Assembly (NCBI GenBank): GCA_051362555.1
Contig: CM120648.1
Coordinates: 16,054,587 to 16,118,586 of the forward strand
Source: Lingula anatina
Taxonomy: Eukaryota; Animalia; Brachiopoda
Reading direction: 5' to 3'
Length of the DNA: 64,000 nucleotides
Numbering within the stretch: the stretch's first letter is position 1; each line of letters begins with the position of its first letter. This document shows, piece by piece, positions 26,646-40,277 of the stretch. The notes below the pieces were generated by a model. The model had not been told where the DNA came from and did not search any database. It worked only from the letters and a program-made list of their open reading frames with translations. The translations under genes and the position numbers were made by a program.

Positions 26646-28406
26646 AACTAAATGATCAGAGAGGCGATACCGCCTCCTAATATTGTACCACCAGCTGGAG
26701 TAAGCGCATTCGTATAGACCCCACACACACACATACACAAAAGGGACACCACCACCAGCCTTGTGCTTGACAAGCTGTAAAAAATGCAATCAACAAGAAT
26801 TCTCAAAACATGCAAAAAATATATATAACTAAAAATGGTACAATCAAAGTTCAGTTCATTGTAAGGTAGGTCAAAGGTCAATTTCGAGGTCACAGTAAAT
26901 TTCAAGCATATGACTTCTTATTCAAGTTCAATAGTAACTATGGACTTATCTCTGCCAGTTTTGGAGATAAAAGGGAACTAAAATGTGTAAAGTTCAATTC
27001 GTGATGAAAAGTAAGTCAAAGGTCAATTTCAAGGTCACACTTAGATTGCCAGTATATGACTTCCTATTCAAATTCAATAGTAACTATGGGCGTATCTTTG
27101 CCAGTTTTGGAGATAAAAGGGAACCTATATTTGAAACGTTAAGTTCATGGTGAAAAGTAGTTCAAAGGTCAATCTTAAGGTCACAGTAAATTGCCTCTAA
27201 TGACTTTCTATTCAAATTCAATAGTAACTATGGGCATATCTTTGCCAGTTTTGGAGATTAAAGGGAACCAAAATTTGCCAACTTCAATTCATGATAAAAA
27301 GTAGGTCAAAGGTTAATTTCAAGGTCATATTTAGATTGCCAGTATATGACTTCCCATTCAAATTCACTTGTAACTATGGACCTATCTCTGCCAGTTTTGG
27401 AAATAAAAGGGAACCAAAATTTGCAAAGTTCAGTTCATTGTGAAAAGTAGGTCAAAGGTCAATTTTAAGGTCACAGTAAATTGCCTCTAATGACTTTCTA
27501 TTCAAATTCAATAGTAACTATGGGCGTATCTTTACTAGTTTTGAAAGTGGAAGCATTAAAAAAGGTGCAAAGTTTAGTTTATGGTGTAAAGTAGGTCAAA
27601 GGTCAATTTCAAGGTCAGAGTAAGATTACCTGTATATGACTTGGTAAACTTCAATAGTAACTATGGACCTTTCTCTGCCAGTTTTGGAGATAAAAGGATA
27701 CCAAAATTTGCAAAGTTCAAATCATGATGAAAAGTATGTCAAAGGTCAATTTCAAGGTCACATTAAGATTGCCAGTATATGACTTCCTATTCAAGTTCAA
27801 TAGTAACTAAGGACCTATCTCTGTCAGTTTTGGAGATAAAAGGGAACCAGAATTTGCAAAGTTCAATTCATGATAAAACGTAGGTCAAAGGTAAATTTCA
27901 AGGTCAAATTTAGATTGCCAGTATATGACATCCTTAACTTCAATAGTAACTATGCACCTATCTCTGCCAGTTTTGGAGATATAAGGGACTAAATGTTATA
28001 ATATTGGAGTTACAATAATGTGCCATGAAATTAAGGTCAAAGGTCAAATCCAAGGTCATATTTGAAATCTACACATATGACTTTTGGAAAGCCGTCTGTA
28101 GAAATTTTTCCCATAATTCCTTCCGTAGGGTAAATAATTGGCATTTAATTTTGCAATTTTTGGATAAGGGGGAATTGCAATGAGTGCCACACCTAGACCC
28201 CAATACCGACAAAGCCCAAATTTTACGTGGAACGAGATGAGGTTATAGGTGACCTAAATCCAAGGGATGGGTACTGAGGCCCTTACCGTCTAGGAGGAGA
28301 AGCGGTAACGGTAACATGGCGGCTGAGCCGGAGGAGCCGGCAGAGCCGGCAGAACGATCCGGACGGGACTAAAACCATGTGTTCCAACGCTGGTGGTACT
28401 ATTATA
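26646..28406 (-). mobile_element. Helentron-associated non-autonomous element (HINE/DINE-1-like) with internal satellite
   Basis: Subterminal inverted repeats gtaccaccagc (26685-26695) and gctggtggtac (28389-28399), perfect hairpin gaggcg-atac-cgcctc (26661-26676) outside one of them, a short-repeat tract at 28320-28370 and a central tandem array. Confidence 0.75.
26820..28085. repeat. ~145-bp tandem satellite, about 8.5 copies
   Basis: The atagtaacta anchor (degenerate in one copy) occurs at ~26931, 27077, 27221, 27367, 27511, 27654, 27800 and 27943. Confidence 0.95.
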
Positions 28407-29664
28407 CCATGTTTGCAGACTCTCGATGTGCGGGATGAATTAGTGAGTACGGCTCTCGGCATATTGATTGTTATGGCAGATTAATACATGTACAGCCAAA
28501 CTGGCCCTCTCTGTGAGAAAGTAGAAAGTTTCCATTTGATCCCTTTGCTACCACTAAAGTTTCTGTGGTTCCGTGTTAACACCGCTGTCTTCTACAAAAC
28601 TGTGCACAGCTAGGCGTGGGTTCGAATCTTGAGACCTTTACTGTGATTCTTTATTTATTTATTTATTTTTATTTATTATTATTATTATTATTTTTTTTTT
28701 TTTTGCTTGAAATAATTTCTCAAATTTTCGTTTGATTACTATAAGAGGAAACTCGTAGGTGCGGAGGGTGGGTAGGTCAGTCACAGCGCAGTTGGTAGGG
28801 TGTTTGCAAAAAATGGTTGCAAAAAAAAAAAAAAAAAAAAAAAGCAATCAGAAAACCATGGTGACAGCAAGTCACGAGTTCAAATCCCAGGTGACGCGTG
28901 TTAATTCACCGCAACAACTAGCTGGCCCGGCAATCAAAATCGAATGCAGGCATACCGGTACGTGTGTCCGAGCTAATTACCTTTTGCATAAAATCCGGTA
29001 TAGTTTAGAATTAATCATTGGTTTTGACAACAAATTATTGCTCGACATTATCATAGAGTCTGTGTCGTCAATTACATTTCTCTTCTCTGCTTTAAAGTCC
29101 TAAAAATGATACTTAGGCAGGAATGGTCATTGATCTCCATCCTTTACCAACTACGCAACAGTTCAAAATTGAATTAAGTCAATACCTTACCCGGCATGGC
29201 GTTATGCATGTCATACAGCCCTTTCATGAAAAAAAGGTATCTGCTAGTTGGGACTATCAGCAAGAAAGTTTTTTCAAAAGTCACATTGCCGCTATTGCTA
29301 TACTTGTAATCATACATTTTGTTTTTATCCCCCCTCCTCCTTTGGCCTTGTTTATCAAGACTCTACATACTGTACATTCATACCCGGGGCAACAGTGGGC
29401 GTTTAAAATGGCTAAGACTACTCACAGCTTTGTGAACCGCTTTGGCTCTTAACGTGCCCTATAGCGTCACAGGTGAAATCAAACGTAAACTTAGTGTAAA
29501 ACAAAATGAAAATAACAGCATCTGAAATTATCTAACTAAAAATGTTTGGCTAACACGTAAGATTGTCACCAAAATGGCTGACTTTTCGGTGCCTTGAGGC
29601 CAGTGAAAGGGAGTCTCCCCCCGGACGAATTACCTGTAAGAACCCGGTAAAGTGGTTCGGTAAG

Positions 29665-29903
29665 CAGTAGCGGCTTTAGAGGGTGTCTGGGGGGTCCTGA
29701 CCCCCTTCGATTTCTGAAAATAAATCAAACCAATAGTCCCCTCTTGAAATTAAAATTTGGGCAAGCTGAATCAAAGTTTAAACCGCACCAAGTGGCACCG
29801 TTCGCCCTGTAAAATGTCATTTTTCCGTCCCCAGGCCCCAGACCAAGAGAGGGGGGTCGAGTTTGCATCCGCCCCCCTCCCCTTCAAAAATTCCTGTATC
29901 CGT
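29665..29903. mobile_element. short GC-ended MITE related to 26299-26570
   Basis: cagtagcggctttagaggg..gggggtcctgacccccttcgat..aaattcctgtatccg. Confidence 0.55.
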
Positions 29904-30968
29904 TATTTGGATAGAATAAATTCGTATGCGAGACCTATTAATTGATATTTTGTAGAGGCTTACAGGCTAAGCTTGGCTCTCATATTGAGGCACGTTTTAT
30001 TCGTGTGCTTCTTCGTGCACACAAACACGCACAAACACGCGCATCTTATTCACCATCTTGACCGAGAAGTAAATGTTTTAGTCCAATTGGTCTTGACGTC
30101 ATTCCCGTTTCTCCCCACTGGGTCTTTGTGAAGCGATAAGGGCATTAATTGATCTCTAAAGGGACGTTTTATACACAGGCGTTGTCTAAATTTTTTTGAT
30201 TACTTTTTAACGTCCACTTAATTTACACTTTTTTTCAGTGTGATGTCGCTATACCTAACCAACAACCAGAAATTAAGTGCGAACATTTTCGCTCGTCAAG
30301 TAAAGAGAGGGTGACTAAGAAACCAATGTTGATTGGGTAATTTTAAAATTATGAATTTGATTGATTTATTAATAATAAGATAGGAGGAGAGATTAATCCA
30401 AGAAACAGGATATGTCTTTTTTTGTGCACCACATTGCTGTGCCTCTATATGCACCCAAAGCAGTAAGGGCACTATAAGAGTTTTCTTAAAACTTTTTCAC
30501 ATTCTTCTTTTTTTTTTTTTTTTTGAGCAGCGTTGCAACTGCTGGATTCACCGATCACCAATAAATTAATGAATTTATTAATAATTAATTAAATAATTAA
30601 CAAATTAAGGAGGTTGGTGAGGATTTTGAAATGATGGGTATAAAATTCTTTTATTGGGAAGAATGTCTCGAGTGCATTTGTTTTAAAAGTAAAGGTTCTG
30701 GGCCTAAACTTAAAACAGGACGTCTCATAGGACAGCTGGACGGTGATCTGGCTTGCAGGTGACCAACTCTCAAGCGCCATGTTAAAGGTACCGAAACTAC
30801 TCTTAGTTTCACGTAAGTTGTAAACTTCTGATGATTCTAATTAGTTTGATATTACATGTGAGTTACACGCATAAGGGAAGTTTTAAAAACTTTTGTCTGC
30901 TCCCATCATACCACGATGTCTTTTCCATTTCACTGTCTATTTAATGAATTAAACTTATTTGTTCGTTC

Positions 30969-31151
30969 GAGCCCGTAGCCGGGGGGGGGGGGGGGGGGGG
31001 GGGGGGAGTTCGAAAGAACCGCCCATTTTGCAAGGAAAATGTCCCCTTTTGGTGAAATTTAATAATGGTATATGAAAGTTTCATGGTAAAAGGTACACTT
31101 TTTCAGAAAAAAAGAACCCCCCACCCTTTGAAATTTCTGGCAACGGGTCTG
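30969..31151. mobile_element. short MITE
   Basis: Imperfect TIRs gagcccgtagccgg / ctggcaacgggtct with an internal poly-G. Confidence 0.55.
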
Positions 31152-31368
31152 TCGTTTGTTTATTTTGTTAACTGTAGAGACAAAGGACAAGAACGCAAGA
31201 ATTCAAGCAACTTAAGACATTTAATGAAGCAAGGGTGACATATCAAAGCGGATCAAAAAAAAAAAAAAACATTCTAGCATCATTCATGCCTTCGAGTAGC
31301 ATTCAGGCAACAATTATGATAAAGATCTGCTAACAATCATGAGGTAGTTGTGCGGCAATTAATCTACA

Positions 31369-31727
31369 GTCAAAGTATCGCCACTTGTCCAGTGCAGTCA
31401 TTGCATTAACGGCATTTTCATAATCAGCAAATTTTCTTCTTCTTTGTATAAAATCTGTCATTTCCGTAGACTGAAAATTCTTAAAATATCTATTGCTATG
31501 GCTAAGGATTTCTTTGCCTTTGTGAAAATAGTCATGATAAAAGTTGAGAAAAATTAAAGTCAAAGTATCACCACTTGTGCATTGCAGTCATTGCATTAAA
31601 GGCATCTTCATAATTTTCTTCTTTAAATAAAATCTGTCATTTCCGTAGACTGAAAATTCTTAAAATATCTTTTGCTATGGCTAAGGATTTATTTGCCTTT
31701 GTGAAAATAGTCACGAGAAAAATTAAA
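31369..31727. repeat. ~190-bp direct tandem duplication
   Basis: gtcaaagtatc(g/a)ccacttgt..gcagtcattgcattaa occurs at ~31369 and ~31559. Confidence 0.85.
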
Positions 31728-32325
31728 TACTACGCACTCTATACCATGTGGTAAGCTATCAAACGTTCAATACCTTTAGCAAGATCCCTTTAACCATCCA
31801 TCTATCTGTATCATACTGCACTGTTTTAGAGAATTTAAAACTGAAGGCTTACAACACATATATCACAACAGCTAAACATAAAAGAGCTGGAGCTGCACGA
31901 AGCAAACTCGTTCTTAAAGTCGTCAAATCATTTCAAGGCATTTGCGCTTTTTTGAGAGATGTTGTTAACACTTTAACATTGAGATTTTGTGTACCGTTAT
32001 ATTAATTTCAAGTCTATGAGAACCAAAGGCAAATAACTACTAAAAATCTTGCCAAAAAATTCCAAATAAAAGCGGTCGATTTGGCACTTTATTTCAAACG
32101 GAGTCTTATTTACTGTGATTTGTGATTTGCTGATTCTATTTCATGTGGTCTTAACACCCCCTCTCCCATGAGACCCTCTCAAAAAGTCCGAAGGCAAAAT
32201 TAATGTTCGAAAATGAGAACAATTTGATTGTCAGTGGGCTGTGATATTGCATCTTCATGTAAACATGCCAGCTGTATTACATTCGATGCTATACCCCAAG
32301 TATTGCGCATGCCTTATAGCTCAGT

Positions 32326-32618
32326 TTACATGAAATAGGCAATGAAAGGGTTGTAGAGCATACGCCCGGAGAACTGGATATCCAGTTGGTATCTGCCGAA
32401 TGTGGGTACGAGGTTGGTGATGTCGTAATGCAGACAGGCCGAGCCACACTGGCGGTAGGTGGCCTCCATGCCGGTGTCTTCGTTGGTGACTTTCAGCTCT
32501 AGGCACATTTCTGTGCTGTTGGTTGGAACTATCAAATACACGCGTCTTAGGCGTCTGGTGCTAGGCTGTGGTCCCAGGCGAATGACGTCAAATGTATACC
32601 GTCCGTTTCTGGCGGGAT
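32326..32618 (-). CDS. probable terminal exon of a gene ending in a filamin-like Ig repeat
   Basis: Acceptor ttgcattcag at 32619 and a GC-rich open frame to TAA. LELKVTNEDTG..YDITNLVPTFGRYQLDIQFSGRMLYNPF resembles the filamin repeat ending P..G.Y.I.I.F.G..I..SPF. Confidence 0.6.
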
Positions 32619-32982
32619 CTGAATGCAAACGGAATGAATTAATTGATCGATTATAATAAATGATTATACACATTCGATAAATTTCAGAACTCTTAGAACT
32701 GGCATAATTAACACTTTGCAATAAAAAAAATAAATAAAAATAAAAAAGTGAAAATTTCTCTTTAGTAAACTAGTAGACTTCCGGGCAGAGACAAAATAGT
32801 GTAGTCACATGTACAATTGCGTGGGCTCGGTAGTTAAGTACTCATGATTTTCATTCAGTATTTATTATTTACTTCAATGAAAAGAAAGAAAAGGGGGAAC
32901 AGAGGGTAAAGCCACTGTACATTTACCTTTAGCATTCCTGTAAATTACTGAGAGGGGGAGAGAAAGGGGCAAAGAAAATACG

Positions 32983-32987
<5 letters not shown>

Positions 32988-33023
<36 letters not shown>
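32988..33023. repeat. (GA)n microsatellite
   Basis: Direct reading; a second tract lies at ~33090-33119. Confidence 0.95.
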
Positions 33024-33026
<3 letters not shown>

Positions 33027-33282
33027 AAGAGAGGTGGGGCCACAGAAAATACGTACAGACAGGTAGAGGAAGCCAAAGAAAATACGAGATAGAGAGAAAG
33101 AGAGAGAGAGAGAGAGAGACTGGGTGTATATTCCTGCATTCACTAGATAAAACAACGTAAAAGCTAAACCCATGTAAAGATATACACCCGTGTTTTAGTG
33201 GGTACGCCATAGGGAATTTTCACTCTTCACACACGAGACCTATATATTCATGGAGGGTTCATCTTATTCGCAGTCAACTCAC

Positions 33283-33350
33283 GATGGATCCTAAGGCGAT
33301 GCGGTTGTATTTATTAGAGGGAAAGTACCAAGCTGGCGCAACGTTGAACA
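33283..33350 (-). CDS. candidate internal exon of the same gene
   Basis: cttttag|...|gtgagt with a single open frame FNVAPAWYFPSNKYNRIALGSI. The phase does not join 32618 directly. Confidence 0.3.
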
Positions 33351-33375
33351 CTAAAAGATGTTCGAGAAAAACATT

Positions 33376-33790
33376 AGGGGAGACCGGGGCTAGTTGGACA
33401 CCGGGATAAGTTGGACCCCCGTCATTTTATGAAAAAGTAACTACGAGGTAAAGAAATTGGCCACACTCACTTGTAAAGTGACCGTAGCCTACAATGTTAA
33501 GGAAGTGTCGGCCGTTTAAAAGTTTTAATTAAGCGGTGAGTTCAAATAAACTATTTTTGCACCTAAAATTAATTTTGTTTAAGAGATTAAAAAATCTATA
33601 TCCATAGGCTTTTGATCGAATATAAGATATGTATAGGGCATCAAACTGAAGCTCATTGTTTCAAGTTTCACAGAGATGTATCATCGTTGCTCATTCTAGC
33701 ACCATAAATGGCTGCCATCCCTTAAAATAAATAATGTGCACCCGGGGCTAGTTGGACCCTCATATTACCCACAATCCTTTGCGCGCAACG
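33376..33790. mobile_element. truncated inverted copy of the 23724-24548 element
   Basis: Begins ta-ggggagaccggggctagttgg and is reverse-complement similar to ~24110-24545. Confidence 0.7.
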
Positions 33791-33820
33791 CTGTTTGAAA
33801 TAAACAAGAAGTTGTACATG

Positions 33821-33823
<3 letters not shown>

Positions 33824-33883
<60 letters not shown>
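33824..33883. repeat. (TA)n microsatellite
   Basis: Direct reading. Confidence 0.95.
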
Positions 33884-33888
<5 letters not shown>

Positions 33889-34355
33889 CTTGACATTTAA
33901 TATGGAATATTTCGAGGGTATGCCTAAAGTGCAAAAGTAAGGGGGACCCTGCGATTCAAAGCGGACTGTTCATTTTAAATCTGAAAGTCTGCGGAATGCA
34001 CGTTTTAATATAGGCAGTCCCCCGAACTTTCAGATTTAAAACTTAGTATCCGTCTACCGGACACTCAGTTTAAAAAAAAGGGTCCGCCGGACTCTTAAAG
34101 GGCCGGAATCTAGGCACGCTACACCGGCAAGTCCTTTGCTGCCAATTATACGATTATGTTGGAAACAAGATGAGGCGTGTCACTCGCTTAAGCTGATTGC
34201 ACTTAACGAAAACCACTTTTTTCCACTCTCTCCTTTGCCACAATATAAATGCGTGTAAATGGAGTTCAACTTTTTGTTACCATAAGTGTTAGTTAGCTAC
34301 AGGATGTACTGACACTGTCTGCAATAGAATATTCCAATGAAAACTATTAAAACTA

Positions 34356-34976
34356 AGACCTCATTCAGGATTGAAGACTAACTAGTCCGAAGATCATATA
34401 TGGCGACCCACTACAAAGTTTGCCGTCTAATCTGTTAATAGAAACTAAATCAAGTGGTGTCATATTTGACCATCGGACAAGTAAGTACCCTGCTCTAAAT
34501 GGTCCCATTCAGAATGGATGATATGGAACTAACTAATTTTCCGACTACATATGGCTGACCACACTTCAAAAAAGATTCTCGCTGGTCTCCCCGCCTCCAC
34601 ACGTGCCGTCGCTGCAGGGGCCTAGCAATTAAACCTCGCAGCAGAGATTTAATCCGTTTTAATGGCGAGTGTGGAGTCAGGGAGACCATCAGGAATCAGC
34701 GGCATCTCTTTTGAAGTGTGATCTGCCATATGTAGTCGGCGGATCAGTTAGTACTCGAATCATTCATTCTGAATGGGGCCAAAGGGACTTAAGAGCGCAT
34801 TCAGAACAGTGGACTAACAGACATGTGATCAAATATGGCGACCCACTAAAAAGCTGTCCCCTTAGTTTAGGATAAGACACTGAATAGAGTGCTTCGGGAA
34901 TTACGCAACAAACATTTAAGTGGGTAGGCCATATTTGATCCGCGGATCTGTTAGTCCTCTGTTCTGAATGAGTTCT
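34356..34976. mobile_element. cluster of three related Tourist/PIF-Harbinger-like MITEs
   Basis: Units at ~34356-34500, 34501-34780 (ggtcccattcagaatg..cattctgaatggggcc, long TIRs) and 34792-34976 (agagcgcattcagaacag..ctgttctgaatgagttct), with TAA/TTA-like flanks. Confidence 0.7.
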
Positions 34977-37919
34977 AAGGAATTGTAAGTCACCAAACCT
35001 ATGACATTCTGTGGAAACCCCTTATCAAGAGAAACACACACACGACACACACGCGCGCGCACGCGTGCGCTCCAACACTCGAGCCAATGGACAGTTTTCT
35101 AAGGGGAATTTATTCGTTGGACTTCCCTTCAAAACTTGATCGTGATAATGGTTGAACCTTGGGTTGTTTTTCTATTTCGCCTTTTGAGGTTTTTGGAGGC
35201 AAAACAAAAGTAAAGAAACCTAAACCTTATTGTAATTCACTTGCATGGATTTAAAGTTGTGTGTTTGCTTATACTGACTTTTAAGCCTCGATCACTACCG
35301 GCCGTTTGGGCTCTTGCGTCCTGTTTGCTTTCAAATTTTGCGCAGAATCTCAAGTCCCACGCAAGTCCTTCTTACGAAATTTCGAGTTCGCAGATAGCCC
35401 TTAAGCACGCACGGAGGATATTGGACATGTCCAAATAACTGCCAATATCTGCGAGGCCGCAAGTGTAACTTGTTCCCCTAGAACGGAGTTTTAAGGGAGG
35501 TTTGTCAGTGAGAGCAAATGGTCCAAGAGCCACGTCCCAAGCAGTGACGGAGCAAGTGCTATTTGCGAGTTGAATAAGGTGCAAGCGTCACAACTTACGA
35601 AAAAATTCGAACGCACGGAGTGCTCAAGGCACACACTCGTGTTTCGCCAATGAACGTCGAGTGTGCAACGTGCACTACAATTTTCAAAAATGTTGAATTT
35701 TGCTCAATTCAGCTTCCAATATGCCTACAAAAGGCAAGGGAAAATAGCTTAAAGAGTGGAAAAGAAGGGAGGAAGAAGTTGGAAGGGGAGAACAAAAGTC
35801 AAAACTGACGCACGCCGCCACATCGTCATCACAAGCGTGTGACGCAAGTATGAAGCAAAAGTGACGCAAAAGGAAGCTACTTTCGCCGTGCGTTGCATTT
35901 TCTTCTTAGGTGGTGAGTGCATGCCACGTACGCAGACCACAAAACATACTCAAAACATTAGTATCATTCCCATAGCGCTCGCACCTTACAGTAAGCGTTC
36001 CTTCTTAAAAGGGCACCTCACGTGGCCCCAGCGACTCGCAAAGCAGACTTGCGCCTTTCCATTGCAAAATTCCATCTACCCCTACGAATTCCACGGATTC
36101 TACTGTACCCAAATTTCGCTGGGATGTGCGATCGTAAAATTCGTGCGCCTAGTTTTTATCGAGGATTAAATATGTGCTACAGTCGCAGAGATCCGCGGCA
36201 ACAACGCCTCTATTTTCAAGGAAGCCACACGGAGGATGTTAGGCAAAATTAATGACAGTGTTGGGGTTTTGAACGCGCTCACTTTTCAACCGACAAACCG
36301 ATATTTTCTCTGCATGACCACAACGTCTTATCGGCAGAAATCCCCCCCCCCTCCACCTTACTTCTTTCGTGGTAAATGTTTTCTCGGCTTTTGCACGGGC
36401 TCAAAAAAGACGGAACTGGTAAAACTCCCCCTCCTCCATGTCTACCTGTTCTTGTAACGTTATCGCGGGAGTTCGAGAAAACGTTCCTGTAAGTCAAACC
36501 TAAAGGTATCGCGCCAGCTTGCGCCACTGCTTCTTGTCAATTTAAGCGTTTTGTTCATGTACTTAAAGGCAGATCATTTGAATAACAAATGTACAAATAC
36601 ATTAAGAGATCAAATACAAAATGGCAGCATTTTCGGTTACCAGCAAATGGGAGTAACAACAATGGGAGTACAATACCAAGTACCTGGTGACTGTTGCATA
36701 TCGCCACGGTGAAACGGGTTCAAGCCCAGAACGAAGACAACAAACAGCTTGACGAAGTTGTTCATTTTTGTAATCTTCTTTCTTCTCCTTATTGTCGGCT
36801 GATTTTCTCCGTGAGTACTGCAAAACTGGCGTCTCAAACTTGAACGTTTGCATAACTTTAAAACTGCGTGGCCGTCGGTTTATATAGAACTCTGTCCTCT
36901 TCCCGTGGGCGTTTCGATAGATGACAGGTTTGAAAAATCCTTTCGGTTGACACGCCATATCTGGGTGGATCTAGAAAATTGTCTCTAACATCTGATACGC
37001 TACCACTTTGCACCCGTCACTAAAGGCTAATTCCTATTGAAACTATCGTTCTACGCACATCGATCCAGCTTTGCAGGGACTCAAGGTGAATGCAATCAGG
37101 TCAACAAATGAACACGCCCACTATTGTTTTCAACGTGGTCGTAGAATCCCCAGCTTTTCTGTTCTGTTCAGGTCCGGGAGGAGGTGTGATAAGCTGTTGA
37201 TCTGCTTACATTTAGCATTTGCGGAGTTAGATCGATCTACGTAGACCGACAGTTTCATGGGAAATGCCCCTACATTGTGTAAAGGTAAAAATCTGGAAAC
37301 TTGTCAACGGAGGTAATCTTTGACGTTTCAGAGAAAATTATCTAAAATTCCAGGCTATAAACAATTTAGTTTTATTATTTAAGATTTTAGGCCTGAAATT
37401 AAAGTTGAAATATGATCGTGTTTTGCTCGTCCCCGGCAGAATGACGAGCAACTCAGCAAGAAGAGGAGGGGAGCCGATTTTACACGGCTTGAATTGAAAA
37501 AATGACATGCTCCATTAATGAAACCCATTATATGCGGTTTTAGATCAATAAGGATGTTTTGTCAAAAGTAGCAATACCTTCCATTATTTCTTTGAAATAA
37601 ATTAATTCCCAAAATTTAGAGGAGTTCAAAAGTGAGACACACTGAATCCTTTACTTTTGAATATATAAATTGATGGCATAATTAGACTTAAAGATAAATC
37701 AAAAAGCAAAGCCCCACCAAACCTTTTACTGGTCTTTTTTTATGCCGACGATTTAGTTTTGTTTTCGGCAAATGCTTCAGGCCTTCAGAATACCAGTAGT
37801 TTAAAATGCTTAGAAAAAATACTGTCATAGATAGAGGTTAACTGTTCATTGAAAAAAAGACGAAAGTTGTTATTTTTAATGTTAAGGAAGAAATACATGG
37901 TCACACTGTTGGAAATAAG

Positions 37920-37957
<38 letters not shown>

Positions 37958-38564
37958 CATAACCAGTTGGTGCCAGTAGTAACAAGCTACCTACCAGAAT
38001 CAGCAACCACAATTTGCACATTGAAACAGATCGCCATGTCAATGGTTAACCAACACCAGATGAAAAAAGAAAATGTCGCATTTTCCACACTAGAGTTATA
38101 GGATTCAGAGCACTTTTTAAATACCTGCCCTCTGTATACTGAATACAGAAAAGAACTCTTTCAAATAGTGCAAAGCGGCCACACATGCTTTACACATTAT
38201 AACAACAAAGATAAATTCTCCATCATAATGAACCAAACGAGGCTGTAATAATATCTTTAGCCAAATTTCTTAATTTAACCTCGCTTTTGTGAAAAGAAAC
38301 TGCGTTGCATCTCCCACTTAGTGATGTGAATAATTACTGCAAATGTTCAGGTTCATTTCACATAGTAGAAAACAGGTTCGTGAATAATTAATTTCTATAT
38401 CTTAGTCATGTACTTGTAGTGTGATGTTAGCGTATGATCAGTGCTGTGAGCAGTTGACTCGGCATTAAGACCGCACCTAGCTTATCATCATGAAATACTG
38501 GATATGTATGTGTAATAACGATGCATTGCTATATATGTAATTTTCTGTTTTTCTTTATTTCATT

Positions 38565-38607
<43 letters not shown>

Positions 38608-40277
38608 TTACTTTTTATATTTGTACATTTTCACCAGTTCAGCCTGGTGTAGAAGGTATGAATAAAGCATATTTAATGATAAATAAAACGCGAGTATTAT
38701 CAATTTTGTTTCATTGACATGTAAGGATGAGTGACAACGGCGCCAGTTTTGTGGGAAGGGCTGAGATGGGGTATTTATCCTTTCAACCTAAACATTAATG
38801 ATTGGATTGAAAAATAAATGATACGGGTAGCTATCTTCCCATTAGTATTAATACTAATTGGGAGCGCAAGGAAAGGGGGGCGTCTCCTTGAAGTCAAAGT
38901 ATCTGAGGCTGAGGTTTGCGATGTAGGGAGTATTACCCACTTTGGCCAAACTTGTCATTTTAAAACTAACGAACTATAATATAAACGTAGGGTCATTTTG
39001 GTTAAGTTGAGGCTCGGACACATTAGTATTTTGTATCCGATGTTGAGGAGTTCAAAGGTGTTGTGAACTACAACATTGGTCAAAAAGGTTGTCCCACCCC
39101 CATTTCCATGTACTTTTATTTACAAATGATCACCTCACAGCTGTAAATTGTTAGATATAGTGCTTTTTATTACAAATTCCGTGTATAACATGATTAATGG
39201 TTAAAAAATACAAAATAGTGGTGAAAATACAAATGTATACACACTTTATACCCCTTAGTAAATTTTATAACAGACACCCCCTCAAATCCACCGTTTCACT
39301 GTGACTTCTACAGATGTAAAGAAACGTCTATTAAATTAAAAAGACGCCATCAATGTCACCAAATCCACACACAATTGGCATTATAGGGTATGCTCGTTAA
39401 AGGTCACGTGCCTAACAGCATGTGCGTCTGCCGCGCACTGCAATTATCTCCTGTAGACGGCACGACAAGCCTTCAACACGGGTAACAATTCTGTTATGTG
39501 GGATATTGCATAAAAAATCATTTATGCAACCCATGTAAGGAGTTTACCGAAAGGAAACTGTGGTTCCAATGGGAAGGTACTTCTTTATTGGCGGTTTTAA
39601 AGCAATAAGACCCGCTTTGTCAAAACAACCTGTATGTTACATCATTTATGATAAATCAAACGAGGGTATAAGCTAGAATTATTGTTTGATTGACATGCAA
39701 AGATTAATGACCAAGACCATCTTGAGTGGTTAGCTGCAGCATTTACTCTATCCACCTGTATATAATGCAGCTTTTAAAAACTGATTGGATTAAAACATAA
39801 TTATATGAGTAGCCATCTTCCCATCAGTATTAATGCTAATTGGGAGCGTAAGGAAAGAAGGGGCGTCTCCTTGAAGTAAAAGTATCTGAGGCTGAGGCTA
39901 CTCCCTAGATCGCAAACTTGTCATTTTAAAACTAACGAACTATAATATAAACGTTGAACTTCAGGGTGTCTTAACATCAAAAGATTTGGGACACATGAGG
40001 GCCATTTTGGTTAAGTTGAGGCTCGGACACATTAGTATTTTGTATCCGAGGTTGAGGAGTTCAAAGGTGTTGTGAACTATATTAGGATACCAGGTTGCCT
40101 TCATTTTCCCTGATGAAACTTGTTTATTTTTTACTACTTTGCAGCTGATGATGCATTTGGGTATTTATTATTATTTTTTGATACAACCATGCATCCAGTT
40201 TTATTGCCATTCATTTCCAGTCCCCTCTTCTCGGTTCAAAAACATGGTTCAAATATAAAATTTACACAGCAGCTGAT

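Noticed and set aside
26820-28085. CRISPR-like array
   Set aside because: Whole monomers are repeated with no unique spacers; it is a eukaryotic satellite.
28600-28640. tRNA or SINE suggested by gggttcgaatc
   Set aside because: Only a B-box-like word; no cloverleaf or second copy seen.
29960-30780. 5' or LIM-domain exons of the hillarin-like gene
   Set aside because: GC-richer patches exist, but I could not read a LIM Cys/His pattern or a clean in-phase exon.
32874-33210. ORFs with SLSLSL runs
   Set aside because: Artefacts of (GA)n microsatellites.
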